From assembly GCA_002269645.1 (NCBI GenBank), contig NIVC01003713.1, forward strand, positions 17,130-81,129: a stretch of DNA of 64,000 nt, in the 5' to 3' direction. The notes under the pieces are model-generated. The model had not been told where the DNA came from and ran no database searches. It was given only the letters and a program-made list of their open reading frames with translations. The stretch comes from Macrostomum lignano (Eukaryota). The position numbers and the translations under genes were made by a program. Below, in pieces: positions 33,401-47,192 of the stretch (positions within the stretch are counted from its first letter, which is position 1; each line of letters opens with the position of its first letter).

Positions 33401-36400
33401 CACTCGCAGGTGAGGTGAGGCCTGGCTCTAAAAGGGCAAGAGAGAACTAGCCAGTATAGCCAGTCGGTTGAAGTGGACAAAATATGTTGATTAGAGGGGA
33501 CGTACGATCAGCAACTGAGGATGCAAGCAGATTAACGATAATTCATGGCTGGTGCGGCAAAAACAAAGAGACAGAAAGGTGAAAAACAAAATAATTGAGC
33601 AGGTGTCACCTGACAATACAGCGCTAGCCTTTACTTAAAACAAGTGACATTCCATCTGCACTTAAACTGAATTCCAATAAATGCCACGACTTCGATTCAA
33701 TATACTATAATCCCAGATCCTAGATCCCAGATCCTAGATCCTAGATCCCAGATCCCAGATCCCAGATCCTAGATCCCAGATCCTAGATCCCAGATCCCAG
33801 ATCTTAGATCCCAGATCCCAGATCTTAGATCCCAGATCCCAGATCCTAGATCCCAGATCTTAGATCCCAGATCTTAGATCCCAGATCCTAGATCCCAGAT
33901 CCTAGATCCCAGATCCCAGATCCTAGATCCCAGATCCCAGATCCTAGATCCCAGATCCCAGATCCTAGATCCCAGATCCTAGATCCCAGATCCTAGATCC
34001 CAGATCCCAGATCCTAGATCCCAGATCCTAGATCCCAGATTCTAGATCCCAGATCCTAGATCCCAGATCCCAGATCCTAGATCCCAGATCCTAGATCCCA
34101 GATCCTAGATCCCATACACGCCAGCAGCTCACCATGGTCCTAGCCTGCTGTTTAACCGGCGTCGTGTCCGTATCGTCGTAGCGTCGACCCGACGGCAGAA
34201 CGGATCCGCTGCGCGACGCCAGATTTCTGCGACTGAAATTCAATGCGAATATTCGATTTAGCTGGCTATTGCACAATATTTTGCATAATAATTTGCTTGC
34301 AGTGCTACTTGTAAGTAGGCGAAAAATACCAAATACGAGCGTATGTACGAGCTATTTCATACGTTTTATACCTTTAAATACAAAAGTGAAAATAGAGAAG
34401 AAAATCAGAAGAGATTGAACTGTTTTGCGGTTGTGCATTTAAACTGGGAAGGTTTGTTTATGCAGGAAATGGAACACAAGCGGGGGGACAGAAGCGGGAG
34501 GGAGAGAAGCGGGCGGGAGAGAAGCGAGAGGGAGAGAAGCGGGAGGAAGAGAAGCGAGAGGGAGAGAAGCGGGAGAGAAGCGGGCGGGAGAGAAGCGAGA
34601 GGGAGAGAAGCGGGAGGGAGAGAAGCGGGAGAGAAGCGGGAGGGAGAGAAGCAGAAGGAGAGAAGCGGGCGGGAGAGAAGCGGGAGGGAGAGAAGCGGGA
34701 GGGAGAGAAGCAGAAGGAGAGAAGCGGAGGGAGAGAAGCGGAGGGAGAGAAGCGGAGGGAGAGAAGCGGAGGGAGAGAAGCGGGAGAGAAGCGGGAGGGG
34801 GAGAAGCAGGAGAGAAGCGGAGGGAGAGAAGCGGAGGGAGAGAAGCGGAAGGAGAGAAGCGGAAGGAGAGAAGCGGGAGGGAGTGCCGGAAGGGATCAGG
34901 AAAACGCAAGCAAAAAGATTCAAACCTTCTCCGCTCCGGTCTGTCAACTTCGTCGTCCTCTGAGGCGACCAACACGACGCCTTCGTTGTCGCCGCCGGCG
35001 CCGCCATCAACTCCGTCGAAGTCCTCCTCCGGCTCAACCGGGATGGTGTTAATGAGCAGCTCCACTCCGCTATCGTCGCTGCCAGGCTGCGGCAGAGTCC
35101 TACCGCCATCTTTGCCATCTCTATTACGATCGTTAGACATGATCAGACTATCGTTAAGCTGCCGTATAGCCTCCTCAATGCCGTGGTTGTTGCCAGGGCC
35201 AGCCTGAGGACTATTGCTATAGACAGCGCGACGCTTCTTAGCAAATCGACCAGCTCGAGAACCGCGGCCGCCGCCGCCATTGTCAGTATCGGAGGATTCC
35301 TCCGGCGGGAAATAAGTCAAATATTGATTATCAGTGTCCGCATCGGCTTCGTAAGTTTGAAACAGCCTGTCGTAGGTAGGTCGGTCTGCCGGCCTGAGCA
35401 GCGGTCTGAGATGGGGATGAGCTCTAGGCGGATCCAACAGCAGGTGGCGCAGAGCCAATACTAAGCCTCTGACATCGACTTCACCGCGTTTGTACTCTTC
35501 TAGATAGTACACCAGACTGCCGGCCTGCTCGGGTGACACAATCTCGTTAGTCAGCTCGGCAACTAAACCGGCAATGTGCGGCTCCTGCTGCTGCTGCTGC
35601 TCCATCATGCTAGCCAGACTCCGGTCTTGCAGCAGCAGACTCGGCTCCGAACGCCAGCGCCCATTGTTAGACCCGGAACCGCCGCCGGCTGTGGCCTGGG
35701 AGAATAGAGAATTAGCAAAAGTAGACTTGGCGTAGGGCAGCTTGCCTACACGGCGAATGGTTAGCGATAGGCGAGGCGGCGAACATTTCAGACGGGCGAC
35801 CGCCTCGGAGTGGCTTTTGTCCAGTAGGGATTCGCCGTTCACTGACAGGATCTCGTCGCCAACGCGTAGGCCAGCCTGCGAAATGAAATGGAAAGTAAGT
35901 GCAATGCCGATATGTAGCGAAAACAGCTTTACACATAGGTTAATATTAATAGGTTAAAAAAGCTGAAAGGAAACAAAAGTGGCGAAGAAGGTAGAAGAGA
36001 GGTGGAAATGGAGAAAGGGGAATGGATAGGAGTTAACAGGAGGCGAAGAGGGATAACAGGGGGCGGAGGGGGTGGAGAGGGGAGAACAGGGGGCGGAGAG
36101 GGGATAACAGGGGCAGAGAGGGATTAACAGGTGCGAAGAGAGGATAACCTGGGCAGAAAGGGGATAACAGGGGGCGGAGAGAGAGAATAACAGGGATTAG
36201 AGAGGGAGGATAACAGGAATCAAACAAAGAGGATAACAGGGAGCGGAGAGGGGATACCAGGAGCTGAGAGGGGATAACAAAGGCGGAGAGAAAGGGGATT
36301 AGAGGGGCAGGGAAGGGATAACAGGGGCGGAGAGAGAGGGATTAGAGGGGCAGGGAGGGGATAACAGGGGCGGAGAGAGAGGGATTAGAGGGGCAGGGAG

Positions 36401-39400
36401 GGGATAACAGGGGCGGAGAGAGAGGTGGATTAGAGGGGCAGGGAGGGGATAACAGGGGCGGAGAGAGGGGATTAGAGGGGCAGGGAGGGGATAACAGGGG
36501 CGGAGAGAGAGGGGATTAGAGGGGCAGGGAGGGGATAACAGGGGCGGAGAGAGATGGGATTAGAGGGGCAGGGAGGGGATAACAGGGGCGGAGAGAGAGG
36601 TGGATTAGAGGGGCAGGGAGGGGATAACAGGGGCGGAGAGAGAGGGGATTAGAGGGGCAGGGAGGGGATAACAGGGGCGGAGAGAGAGGGATTAGAGGGG
36701 CAGGGAGGGGATAACAGGGGCGGAGAGAGAGGGATTAGAGGGGCAGGGAGGGGATAACAGGGGCGGAGAGAGAGGGGATTAGAGGGGCAGGGAGGGGATA
36801 ACAGGGGCGGAGAGAGAGGGGATTAGAGGGGCAGGGAGGGGATAACAGGGGCGGAGAGAGAGGGGATTAGAGGGGCAGGGGGAGGATAACAGGGGCGGAG
36901 AGAGAGGGGATTAGAGGGGCAGGGAAGGGATAACAGGGGCGGAGAGGGGATAACAGGGGGCGGAGAAGGGGATAACAGGGGGCTGAGAGAGAGGATAACA
37001 GGGGGCTGAGAGAGAGGATAACAGAGGGCTGAGAGGGGGTATGTAAAAGCATACTAAAAAGGGAAAAAGCACAACAAATTCCTTATCCCAAACCTGTTCA
37101 GCCGCAGAGAAGGGATCCACAGCGCTAACAAAAATTCCTAAACCATAATCCGCTCCGCCGCGGACAGACACGCCCAGAGGTTGGCCTTGAACCAGAAGCT
37201 GCTTAACCGGCGGTCCAGCAGCATCGGCATGCAGAGGCGGCGGCGCGGGCGGGCTGACGGGCCGGCCCTGGGCGTCAACCCAGGAGAACTGGCGCAGGCC
37301 GGACGAGTCGCCGGGCAGGTACGGCCTGCTAGGTGAGGCCGGCGATCGGAGCGCCAAACGAAGAGGTCGACCGGACTTTTGAGCAGATTTAATTAGCTAA
37401 AACAAATTGTTATGGCTTCGCTGTTGTGTGTACGCAATTAATAACTAATTTTTATTTAAATAAAATTAGTTTCACACGCTAATTAAATATGCAGATTTAG
37501 CTAGATGCAAGCAAACGCCTTCTATATCTACTGAGAACACAGTAATTCTTATCTGAAATTAAACATTTGCCAGGAAGATTTTCGGTTTTATGGCGACCGA
37601 CTATTTTTCAGCTGGCTTATCAGTTTGTAGAGCCGCATTGTAAAATACAACTGCTGCCTCCGCTGAACATAGTAGAAATTATTTATATCGTATCGTTATT
37701 GGGAGTGCTAATATTGGCACTTTATGAGGAAGTAAAACCGATATCGGTAGACAGTTATTAATGGAAGCAATTATTGTATATCGAAATACACGGGGAAGAT
37801 GATAGAGGGGAAGAAAAGAAAGGGTAAAGGGGAAGAGGAGAGAGGGGAAGACAGGGGAACAGGGGAAGATGGGAAGAGGGGAAGATGGGAAGAGGGGAAG
37901 AGAGAGGGGAATAGAGAGGGGAAGAGAGAGGGGAAGAGAGAGGGGAAGAGAGAGGGAAAGAGAGAGGGGAAGAGAGAGGGGAAGAGGGAGGGGAAGAGGG
38001 AGGGGAAGAGAGAGGGGAAGACGAAGGGGAAGAGGGAAGGAGGGGAAGAGAGAGGGAAAGAGGGGAAGAGGGGAAGAGGGGAGGAGGGGAGGGGAAGAGA
38101 GAGGGGAGGGAACAGAGGAGAGGGAACAGAGGAGAGGGAGATAACAAGGACAAGCACTAAGAACCGAGTTCCATCATTCCCCAAGACTAAGGCGTCCCCA
38201 ACAAAACAAATCCCCATTTACTTACAGCCACGGCTTCCCCATGCGCGAGTCCCGCAGCCGAAGTGTCGCCAACGCCGACCAGCTCGTCGCCGACCCGCAG
38301 CCCGCGCCTGTCGGCCTCGGAGTCCTCAACAACGGCAGACACATAGAGGCCGACTCCGTGCTCGGTGCCGCCGCGCAACGAGAAGCCGAAGCCTTGGCGC
38401 TCGTTTGGCGCCAGCTCGACGCCGCGTATTAGGCGCGACTGGGCTGCGGAGCCGTTGCTGGCGGGTCCCGGGGCGCTGGCTGTAAGGGGTTGACATTGTG
38501 GCAGCTTAGTGATTAGATACTGTAGATACGATAGCTGTTCTGTAGATGTGATAGCTGTTCTGTAGATACGATAGCTACTCTGTAGATGTGATAGCTATTC
38601 TGTAGATGTGATAGCTAACTCTGTAGATGTGATAGCTATTCTGTAGATGTGATAGCTATTCTGTAGATGTGATAGCTACTCTGTAGATGTGATAGCTATT
38701 CTGTAGATGTGATAGCTACTCTGTAGATGTGATAGCTATTCTGTAGATGTGATAGTTATTCTGTAGATGTAATAGCTATTCTGTAGATGTGATAGCTATT
38801 CTGTAGATGTGATAGCTATTCTGTAGATGTGATAGCTATTCTGTAGATGTGATAGCTAACTCTGTAGATGTGATAGCTATTCTATAGATGTGATAGCTAT
38901 TCTGTAGATGTGATAGCTATTCTGTAGATGTGATAGCTATTCTGTAGATGTGATAGCTATTCTGTAGATGTGATAGCTATTCTGTAGATGTGATAGCTAT
39001 TCTGTAGATGTGATAGCTAACTCTGTAGATGTGATAGCTAACTCTGTAGATGTGATAGCTAACTCTGTAGATGTGATAGAGCTCTATTCTGTAGACATTA
39101 TAGCTACTCTGTAGATGTGATAGAGCTCTATTCTGTAGACATTATAGCTACTCTGTAGATGTGATAGAGCTCTATTCTGTAGACATAGCTACTCTGTAGA
39201 TGCGATAGAGCTCTATTCTGTAGACATTATAGCTACTCTGTAGATGTGATAGAGCTCTATTCTGTAGACATTATAGCTACATACTCTGTAGATGTGATAG
39301 AGCTCTATTCTGTAGACATTATAGCTACTCTGTAGATGTGATTGAATTATAAAGCAACGTAAACTTCATGATATAAGAAAGCAGGTCTCACCCCTGCCAC

Positions 39401-39836
39401 CCAGGCTGCTGCCGCTGCTAGCACGATTCTTCTTTTGCTGCTTTTTCTGTCCATCCTCCTGCTGCGAAGCCGGCCTCATCAAAGGTAGAAAGTCCTGATT
39501 CTCGCACAGGTGCCTGAATCGTTTCTGATCGCCACGAGGCAGAGCTGTGGTTAGCAGAGGCACCAGCTCTGGCCGCTCGCTTATGTAAGGACCCAGCCGA
39601 TGGACCAGGGTTGGCACATCCCGATCGCGCTGGTACTGACTCAGAATGCTGGTGATGAGCACTCTGTCAGCCTGGGAGAATCCGCTCTCCAAGTAGCTCT
39701 GAATCTCTTGCACCAAAGGATTGTTGGACGCTACAGAGGGCGAAGGCTGGCTGTGGCCGCCGCCAGCTCTCAGTCCCATAGTTGAAGTTGAAGCAGCCAG
39801 CTTTGACTTTCTTTTAGCTGAAGAGATAATATTCAT
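30229..39836 (-). CDS. WHRN: Whirlin/PDZD7-like scaffold gene (HHD, PDZ1, PDZ2, HHD2, PDZ3). Exons 39836-39392, 38479-38226, 37396-37094, 35875-34926, 34232-34133, 33228-33010 (A), 31029-30850 (B), 30411-30229
   Basis: GFGFSLRGGTEHGVGLYVS; FSWVDAQGRPVSPP; LGVSVRGGADYGLGIFVS; LGLAIEGGANTRQTLPRII; terminal exon PGGSAYDCAELRVGQVILAV...AARAIAEAF...APV*. Exon phases are mutually compatible (1,0,0,2,0,0,0). Confidence 0.88.
30850..31029 (-). CDS. WHRN: Whirlin-like alternative exon B (second version of PDZ3 N-half)
   Basis: gctcag|LPEQGS...VIAVAKTRPNRLGMSIQGGADTPSCYFPRLAAIE|gtttga; phase 0-0. The acceptor position is the best guess. Confidence 0.72.
31238..32925. repeat. Composite minisatellite: 30-bp unit inverted (31238-32432), 28-bp unit (32447-32836), 30-bp unit forward (32868-32925)
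   Basis: Same families as 13458-14097; source of the SSDSSPYPPR pseudo-ORF. Confidence 0.95.
33712..34113. repeat. 7-bp repeat (GATCC[C/T]A)n in whirlin-like intron
   Basis: Direct observation. Confidence 0.95.
34485..34882. repeat. Purine-rich ~15-bp repeat (GGGAGGGAGAGAAGC)n
   Basis: Direct observation; intronic. Confidence 0.9.
36040..37045. repeat. Purine-rich ~41-bp repeat (GGGGCGGAGAGAGAGGGATTAGAGGGGCAGGGAGGGGATAACA)n
   Basis: Direct observation; intronic. Confidence 0.92.
37790..38150. repeat. Low-complexity polypurine (GGGGAAGAGAGA)n tract
   Basis: Direct observation; intronic. Confidence 0.88.
38520..39342. repeat. 20-bp minisatellite (CTGTAGATGTGATAGCTATT)n filling whirlin-like intron 1
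   Basis: Direct observation. Confidence 0.95.
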
Positions 39837-41667
39837 AGTGGCTTTGATTCTTGCAATCTTTTAACAGTGCCTTTGAAGCTATGCCTAGAAACTCAAACCT
39901 TAGAGAAAGAATATAAACCTGAAGCCTAATTAATTATTTATTAGATGGCAATCACGTGATTACCCCACTCTCCCATTTCTAGTGTCTCTATCCCTTGAGC
40001 CTTGCTCACTGACAAGCTCCAAGATATGCATTAATAATTAATTAGGGCATACGCCTAGGCCATGAAATTCTACAACTGCGACCTGCAATACCCAAATCTA
40101 ACCCTTAAACCTTCATTTTCGGACCAGTTGAGGCTGATAGGTCAGTTCCTGTGTTTTTGATTTAGCTGAAATGAACTAATTTTCATTTAGTTGGCAAAAA
40201 GTTAAGGATCTATTTCATCTTGCGAACAGCCTATTTAATGATGACTATCAGGGGCTGATAGAATTACAAAACAAAGGTCACATGATGACAATTAAATAAT
40301 CTGTACACATATATCACATTATCCAGTTTTATTGTCAAAACTAGCTCTCTGTAAAAGAGGTTGATTTCCATTGATTTTCAATTGATATGGAAAGTTGATT
40401 TATTGTTCAGGCTTTTTTAGTCTATTCAGCTAATAAAATGACCAACAAGCTTATGATAATTATTATTTAAAAAGACTAAGTATATCCAAGGTTCGATAAT
40501 ATGAATGGACTGCAGAACAGCCTTAATTGGTCTGAAAATGAGTGCTAAGCTATAGATTTGGTATACCATGATTTCTAGTTTAAAAAACTCTTTGAAAAGA
40601 TTCATATCCTACTTTTTTCTTAACCAACTAGATTACCTTTAATGAACTCCAAAATGCATTGTTTTTATAGAATTGAACCTAGAATGCATTAGAATTGCAC
40701 ATTAGAATTGCACTGACCAATAGAAACAAATATAGCAAGCAAAATTTTAATGTGTTTATTTGACTACTACTAATGTAGTAGTATCTAGACCTTTTTCTCA
40801 AAAAATTCTTCAGACAATACTCTGTATATTTTATCAAACAATTGTCTGAAATAAAGATTTAAAAATAAATTATAGTTAATAAAAAAATGAATTATACTAC
40901 TATATAATCTTGCTTTGCTCTAAGAATTTTGAGCATGTTGAGCACAGGATGTTAAGCACAGAGCATAGCTTTTTCTGGCATATAAAGTGGATTTGGGTTA
41001 GGGCTATAGTGTAAAGATGGCTATATATAAAGGCAAGAACTCTAGTAAGCCTCTAGTGAGTCTGAAAGAGCAATAAAAATACTTACAATAGCATTATTTT
41101 TTCAATAGAAAAATTCATTGTAAAATTGATTTTGTAATATTCAAAATACATTTTCTATCAATAGGACTAATATATTGCATTGCTAGCATCAATCCTTTAC
41201 TGCAAAAAACTGTCATGGAATCTGTTGCAAACAGTAGGTTTTTTTAATTTTTGCCTGTACTTTTAACCACATAGTAATTTAAACATGGCCCTTTCTAATA
41301 ACATATGTTAACACAGGTATTTTACCAAGATAAGACAAAAACTTTTGCCTTAAAATGACAAAAAAAGAATATAAAAAGCAAATAGAATACCATTGAAAAA
41401 CACAAGGTCCCAGGTTGAATAACTATTCTTCTGAATCTCTGATTTCTATAGAAGGTACCATAAGGCAATAGACTACAACAGAAAACAAAAGACAGCTAGA
41501 AGGCAGCAAGCAATAAACAAAGCAAAAGAAGTAGCAAATAAATATTGAAGCCAAAATAGATCAACAGATGGCACCATGTAGGAAGCAGATAGTAGTAGCT
41601 AACAGTAGGGTCTAATAGATAGCATTAGGTTGTAATTGATAGTATCAGGCTATAATAGATCATACAT

Positions 41668-41823
41668 GCGCAACTTTGGGAATCACCCGGCCGTTTCTAT
41701 TGGCAACATACACATGTAAGTCGCTATTGGCTGAGAGCAGTCACGTGACTACTATTCCGTCCAATAGCGACTTACATGTGTGTGTTGCCAATAGAAACGG
41801 CCGAGTGAATCCCAAGGTTGCGC
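41668..41823. other. 156-bp near-perfect inverted repeat (63-bp arms, 30-bp spacer with AGTCACGTGACT)
   Basis: Arm 41668-41730 matches the reverse complement of 41761-41823 with 4 mismatches by eye; contains four CCAAT/ATTGG boxes and a central E-box. Confidence 0.85.
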
Positions 41824-43102
41824 CCAAGCATGTAATAGATCATATCAGGCTTTATGCCTAGAGCATATAATATCAATCTGTTATACCAAATAGAACCTTT
41901 TATTGACTCATTGCTCACTTTTTATTGCTGATTGCTACTACTATCCAGTTGAGATATAATTTCCCACAAATATAGCTGCTAAGTATGCATTTTTGCATCT
42001 GGACTCTTTCTGACAAAGATGTATACACAATTTTGTAATATCACATTTTCTAATATATTGTAAAATAAATATTGTTAAAGTTTTCTATTGATAATATTAT
42101 TATTATTGCAATTCAAACTTGCAATGCCTTTTAAAATAAAGCTTTCTACCCTTTTACTTATTTTTGTTTTTTTGAGATCCTCAGGGAATAACAATAAATT
42201 TCCTAGGGTCCTTGCTAAGAAAATTCCCCAGATAATTAACATATCTACAATTGGCAGCTTTTAGTCAATTTGGTAACAAGACAATCCAACAACAGACAAT
42301 CTTGCAATAAATTTTTGTAGATTTAATGGATTTTAGGACTATATCTAATGTTTTATACATGTATATAGTATCTAAGATGCATCATACAATCGCAATGTAG
42401 GTTAATATAGTAATTAAATTTTATCTTCAAAGTTATTATTATGACTAAAGCTGCTTATTATGATACAATCCTATATAAATTGGACGTTAATATGCATATT
42501 AAATTTATGCATATATTTGTTGTTACATGTGAACTATAAAAATAAATAAGAGCCTTTAAGCAATTAATCATTAAGATTCTTTTTCCCATTAAGAATATAT
42601 ACTAGCAATCTTTGCCCCCCAATAGGGGACATCTAGATAGAATCTCTGTTCTCTATCTACAAGTAACAAAAAGACAGTAAAATAAAGCCTTCACAAACAC
42701 AATAGACATACCCTCTAAAAAACATCCCAAGACAGCAAGCATCCCCCAGATAGCAAGCATCCCCTAGATAGCAAGCATACCCCAGATAGCTGACATGTTG
42801 ACATATGTTTGAGGCAATGGCTAGAGTTCTGGCACTAGAACCCATTTTCTAAGGGCTATGCATGTAGCAGTCTTCAGTAGGCAGTTATCTGCTAATAAAA
42901 CCTTTGAACATTAGAATCTTGTTTTGAATCTTATCATTTCGTTTTGATCTTATCTTGAACAAAATCTCAATATCAACCACCCATTAAAAAAGTAAAATGT
43001 TTCTGCCATATTATACCCATAAATTGCACTACTGGAATACCACTGCCAGATCCATAGTCCTTAAAAAATGGGTTCTGGTGCCAGAACTCTAGCCATTGCC
43101 TA

Positions 43103-43450
43103 TGTTTGACATGGTGGCTCTTTAATATTTGACATGGTGGCTCTTTAATATTTGACATGGTGGCTCTTTAATATTTGACATGGTGGCTCTTTAATATTTG
43201 ACATGGTGGCTCTTATGTTTGACATGGTAGCTCTTTTTTTGGCATGGTAGCTTTCTTATGTTTGACATAGAGTCATATTTACATTTTACATAGTGGCTCT
43301 TTTATGTTTAACATGGTAGCTCTTTAATGTTTGACATGGTGGCTCTTTAATGTTTTACATGGTGGCTCTTTTATGTTTGACATGGTGGCTCTTTAATGTC
43401 TGACATGGTGGCTCTTTTAGGTTTGTCATGGTGGCTCTTTAATGTTTGAC
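43103..43450. repeat. ~22-bp minisatellite (TTTGACATGGTGGCTCTTTAAT)n
   Basis: Direct observation. Confidence 0.88.
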
Positions 43451-44653
43451 TATAATGTTTGCTTTTAAGGTATTGTAATTTTGCACTACTAAGATTCGAA
43501 CCTAGGTTGCTACATTAGTAATCTAGTCTGTTTGCATCTAGGCTATCTCTTTTCAATTGGAGATCATGAACTGTTGCCCTTATAATTCAATTCTTATAGC
43601 AAGTCAGTTAGAGTAAAAAGTTATGACATAATCAATTTCTTAGTCAGCTAGTATCAGTTTAAATTTAAGTTAGCAATATGGTTATACAATGTCAGTCAAG
43701 TCTTGTGTGCTTTTTTGACATTGTTTTCAACTTTTTTATGATGCAATCTTTATCAGAATTGGAATTCAGTCAGTCAGTTTTATCTCCAACATTCTTATAA
43801 AAGCATGTTTTTTGAATATTTAATCCCTTTAACATTGAGCAATTTCTTAGCCAAGATACATGTACTGTCCCGGAAAATTTCTGATCAAATGGTATAAGTT
43901 TAGAGAAAATTATTTGAGCCATTTTTTTCTAATCAATTTGCTAGTTGCATTGCCACTTACATGCATATATATTATAGTCTGCAAAATATAGAATGCAACA
44001 TATGGTTGTAACTATTCTATTTAGTTTAACAAATTCTATATAGATAAACATTTGCAAAATTTAAGAATATTAAAAATAATAATAGTAAATTGTATAGCTT
44101 TAATTAGGCCTAATAATCTGTGTAAATGCTAAATAGCTAATTAAATAGCTTTTACCCATATTACACCTTAATGCCAGATTGACAGTCACTAAATTAATTG
44201 TCACCAGATTGTCTGTTGCTAGATTGACTAGATACCCTATTGGCTATGCAATGCCAATGGCAATGGGGATGCCTACTTAAAGAATACCTTTTGTAATTAT
44301 ATAGGCCTAACTATTTCAAAACTAAAGTCATACAGTGCTCTAAACTAAAAGGTTTTAGTTAAAGCAAGGCAAGCTAGCTACTCATTCCAAAGTACTTGGC
44401 CTTGTGTCAGTGAGTGCTTAAAGTTAAATTAAATGTAAAGGTGTAAACCGTGTAAATATTAAATTTTGACAATGTATGTCTTTCTTCTAAAAACATAACC
44501 ACATTTAAATACATGTTTTTTGTTCCTAGTTTTATTAAAATTGAGCTAATGCCTAGACTAGACTTAGGCCTATAATAAGTGTTAAAAACCTTACAACCAA
44601 GTTCCAACTGGTCTAGAAATATATAAAGGCTAAAAAGCATCCAACTTGCAAGC

Positions 44654-44856
44654 AGGTGCAGGATCTAGGATTTTTTGACAAGGGAGGCAAGCTATACTAA
44701 GCAATGAGCACTACAACCCAATATTGGAAAACAGACTTGGCATATTTGCAGGCAGCCAGGCAGGCCCAAAAAGTGTGACCCAATTTTTTTGGCCACAGCT
44801 GAGGGCGAGATGGCGAGGGGGCATGGTCCCCATGGCCACCCCCTGGATCCGCACCT
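44654..44856. mobile_element. Decayed MITE-like element (AGGTGCGGATCCAGG-type TIR)
   Basis: Left AGGTGCAGGATCTAGG versus right CCTGGATCCGCACCT; no clear TSD. Confidence 0.4.
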
Positions 44857-46022
44857 CCATCCAAGGACCAAGAGCAGCACCAGGGTTTTTTTGTGCGCAG
44901 AGTGTGCGTATGCACCCTAAATTTTAAAATCGCACCCTGAAATTAAAAAAGTAGGTGCGGTTTAGGTGCAGTCTTATAACCATTTTCTTTAAAGGCTTAA
45001 CCATGCTTAAGCTATTTTTCATGCACTGCCTTGGCTTAAAATATGAAACAAAATAACTCTTTAAATCCTATATTAAGTCATATAGGCGATATAGCCTATG
45101 GCTATAGCCTTATGTAAGATATTAAAATATACATTCCCAGTTGTCTGAAACAAGACTCAAGAGAAATTGCACTCTGAGCCTTAAAATCGCACCTTGAAAT
45201 TTGGCATAAGGTGCGATTTCGCACCTTGTCTCTGGCGGAAAAAAAACCCAGTGAGCACCCTCTGATGTCATTGTAAGCCCTAGTTGTCGACCCATCGTTA
45301 CGCGTCTCAATTTTCGTCACAATATAGAATTTGTGCTTTTAGTTGACTGGTGGTCGTCGCACCACGCCCAATAAACTGTTCGAGTTCTTAGAAACATTTC
45401 ATAGAAAAAATATTTAAAAATAAAAAATCCATAGGCCGTTTATCACTACAAAAACTACCATTTCTACAGTATTTCTTTTACTCTTTACCAGTTTCTGGTG
45501 GATTTTAGGTAAAATGGCTTGTATTTATCTTTCAGCTTGTTATAATGCCATAAAGTACCGGACTGACTGATACGCATTGGTACACATGAAAACAAAGTAA
45601 ATGAAACAACAGCGCATTTCCTCCTGATCCCTGGGTTAACTGTGTTCTCCATGTGCGTTCAGCTGTCCCTGACCCGTAATTGAGGCTGATGAATAGCAGG
45701 TGATTGTTTTGTGGGTGACGCATGAGTGACTAAAAATGACGACTTGACATGCAAGTGATTAAAAATGACGAGTTACAGGTAAATCCTTAAAATTCAAGGA
45801 CTACTCAAGTAAAAGGATGGAAAAACTCGTTTCTTGAAAGATTTTAGGGGTAGGTTGTTCCGAAAAAATACACTTTTTCATCCCAATGACCCATTGTTCA
45901 TCTTTTGATACTCGTATGTTTTGCCTTAATTTCTAATTATAGCGATCTATATTGACATTCATTAAGCTTTTCGTTCCAAAAAATAGTAAGTCCGTCTGTC
46001 TGTCTGTCTGTCTGTCAGTCAG

Positions 46023-46600
46023 TCAGTCACTGTCAGCACTGGCACTGACAACATACACAGCTTCGCACTGTTCGGGATCCGACGCTGCGTGTGTCGCCAC
46101 CTCGCCGTCTTCGCCATCACGCTCGACTCTTGAGCTGCCCACGGACGCCTCCTCTGGTCCGCTTATCGACCTCTCGCCGATATTCGCGTACAACGCGTCG
46201 TCATCAGAGGCCGCCTGAGTCCGTCTCTGACGCAGGAAGTCGTTGATCCGCGTCTGAGCTTGCTGCCATTGCCGCATGTCCTCGGCGAGGGCGGCGTTGG
46301 AGATTCTGGCGGCGGCTGGGGACTGCGGGATGGGACGGGCAGCTCAATGACACTGTGATGGACAGCTCAAAGTTTTGGGATGGGCACTCAAGGATGCCGG
46401 GATGGGCAGCTTAAGGTTTAGGGACGGGCAGCTCAAGGATGCTGGGATGCGCAGCTCAAGGATGCTGGGATGCGCAGCTCAAGGATGCTGGGATGGGCAG
46501 TTCAAGGATGCTGGGTTTCAGATACAATCTCAGCTCTCACCATTTTGTCTCCATGGCTTTCGACGCTACTTGGAGTTTTGGACTGAAAGCAGCAAAACAT
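46023..46600 (-). CDS. Small two-exon gene, paralog 1 (119 aa): exon 46600-46541 MFCCFQSKTPSSVESHGDKM, exon 46322-46023 SPAAAR...EDMRQWQQAQTRINDFLRQRR...LYANI
   Basis: ATG-initiated 60-nt exon with gtgaga donor; cgcag acceptor in phase 0; same structure as the paralog at 54178-54670. The intron is a ~22-bp minisatellite. Confidence 0.75.
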
Positions 46601-47192
46601 GTTGCAGAAATTGCTTGAGGCAAACACTGGCTGTCATGTCAAACTGGCTACTTTCACGCCCAATATATCGCAGGTCTGCACCTTTTTAGCTTTTTTAGCT
46701 TTACAGATAAAAATCTTAAGCATGGTGTTGCGCCTGAACGAGCAGAAGAGACTCTGCTTGAGTGCAAAATGCACAAGTTAATCAGCCATGACAAACCAGT
46801 TTCAAATATTTGAAATGCACTTGCTAGCAGATGTGAATGTGCGGCCTGTGACCAGCCTCAGAGCTCAGGGTTTCACCTGCAGGTACCTTATCTAAAAGCA
46901 AAAGAATTTAATAAAGTGCACCAATTTAATGACTAGGTTCCGTAAAAATAAATACCGTCTCATACATATAATTTGCCTGAAATATGCATGTCTACAATAG
47001 CAATTTAGCTGCAACTTGTCGCAGAAATTTGGTGAGTAAAGCTTGAAGTAAAAAGCAAAAATATTTGATGGAGCTGCAGCGGCTGGGACGCCAACGCGAC
47101 CGCTGGGGAACTGCCGGGCTGCCGAGCGCCTCATCCAAGTGAAGTATTTGTTTGTCTCTTGGTTGTCTCGAGGTGGCCTGGCAGGTCTTTGT

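Noticed and set aside
44878-45252. Second MITE with GGGTTTTTTT ends and AATCGCACC subrepeats
   Set aside because: The TIRs are too degenerate and there is no TSD, so it was not called as a feature.
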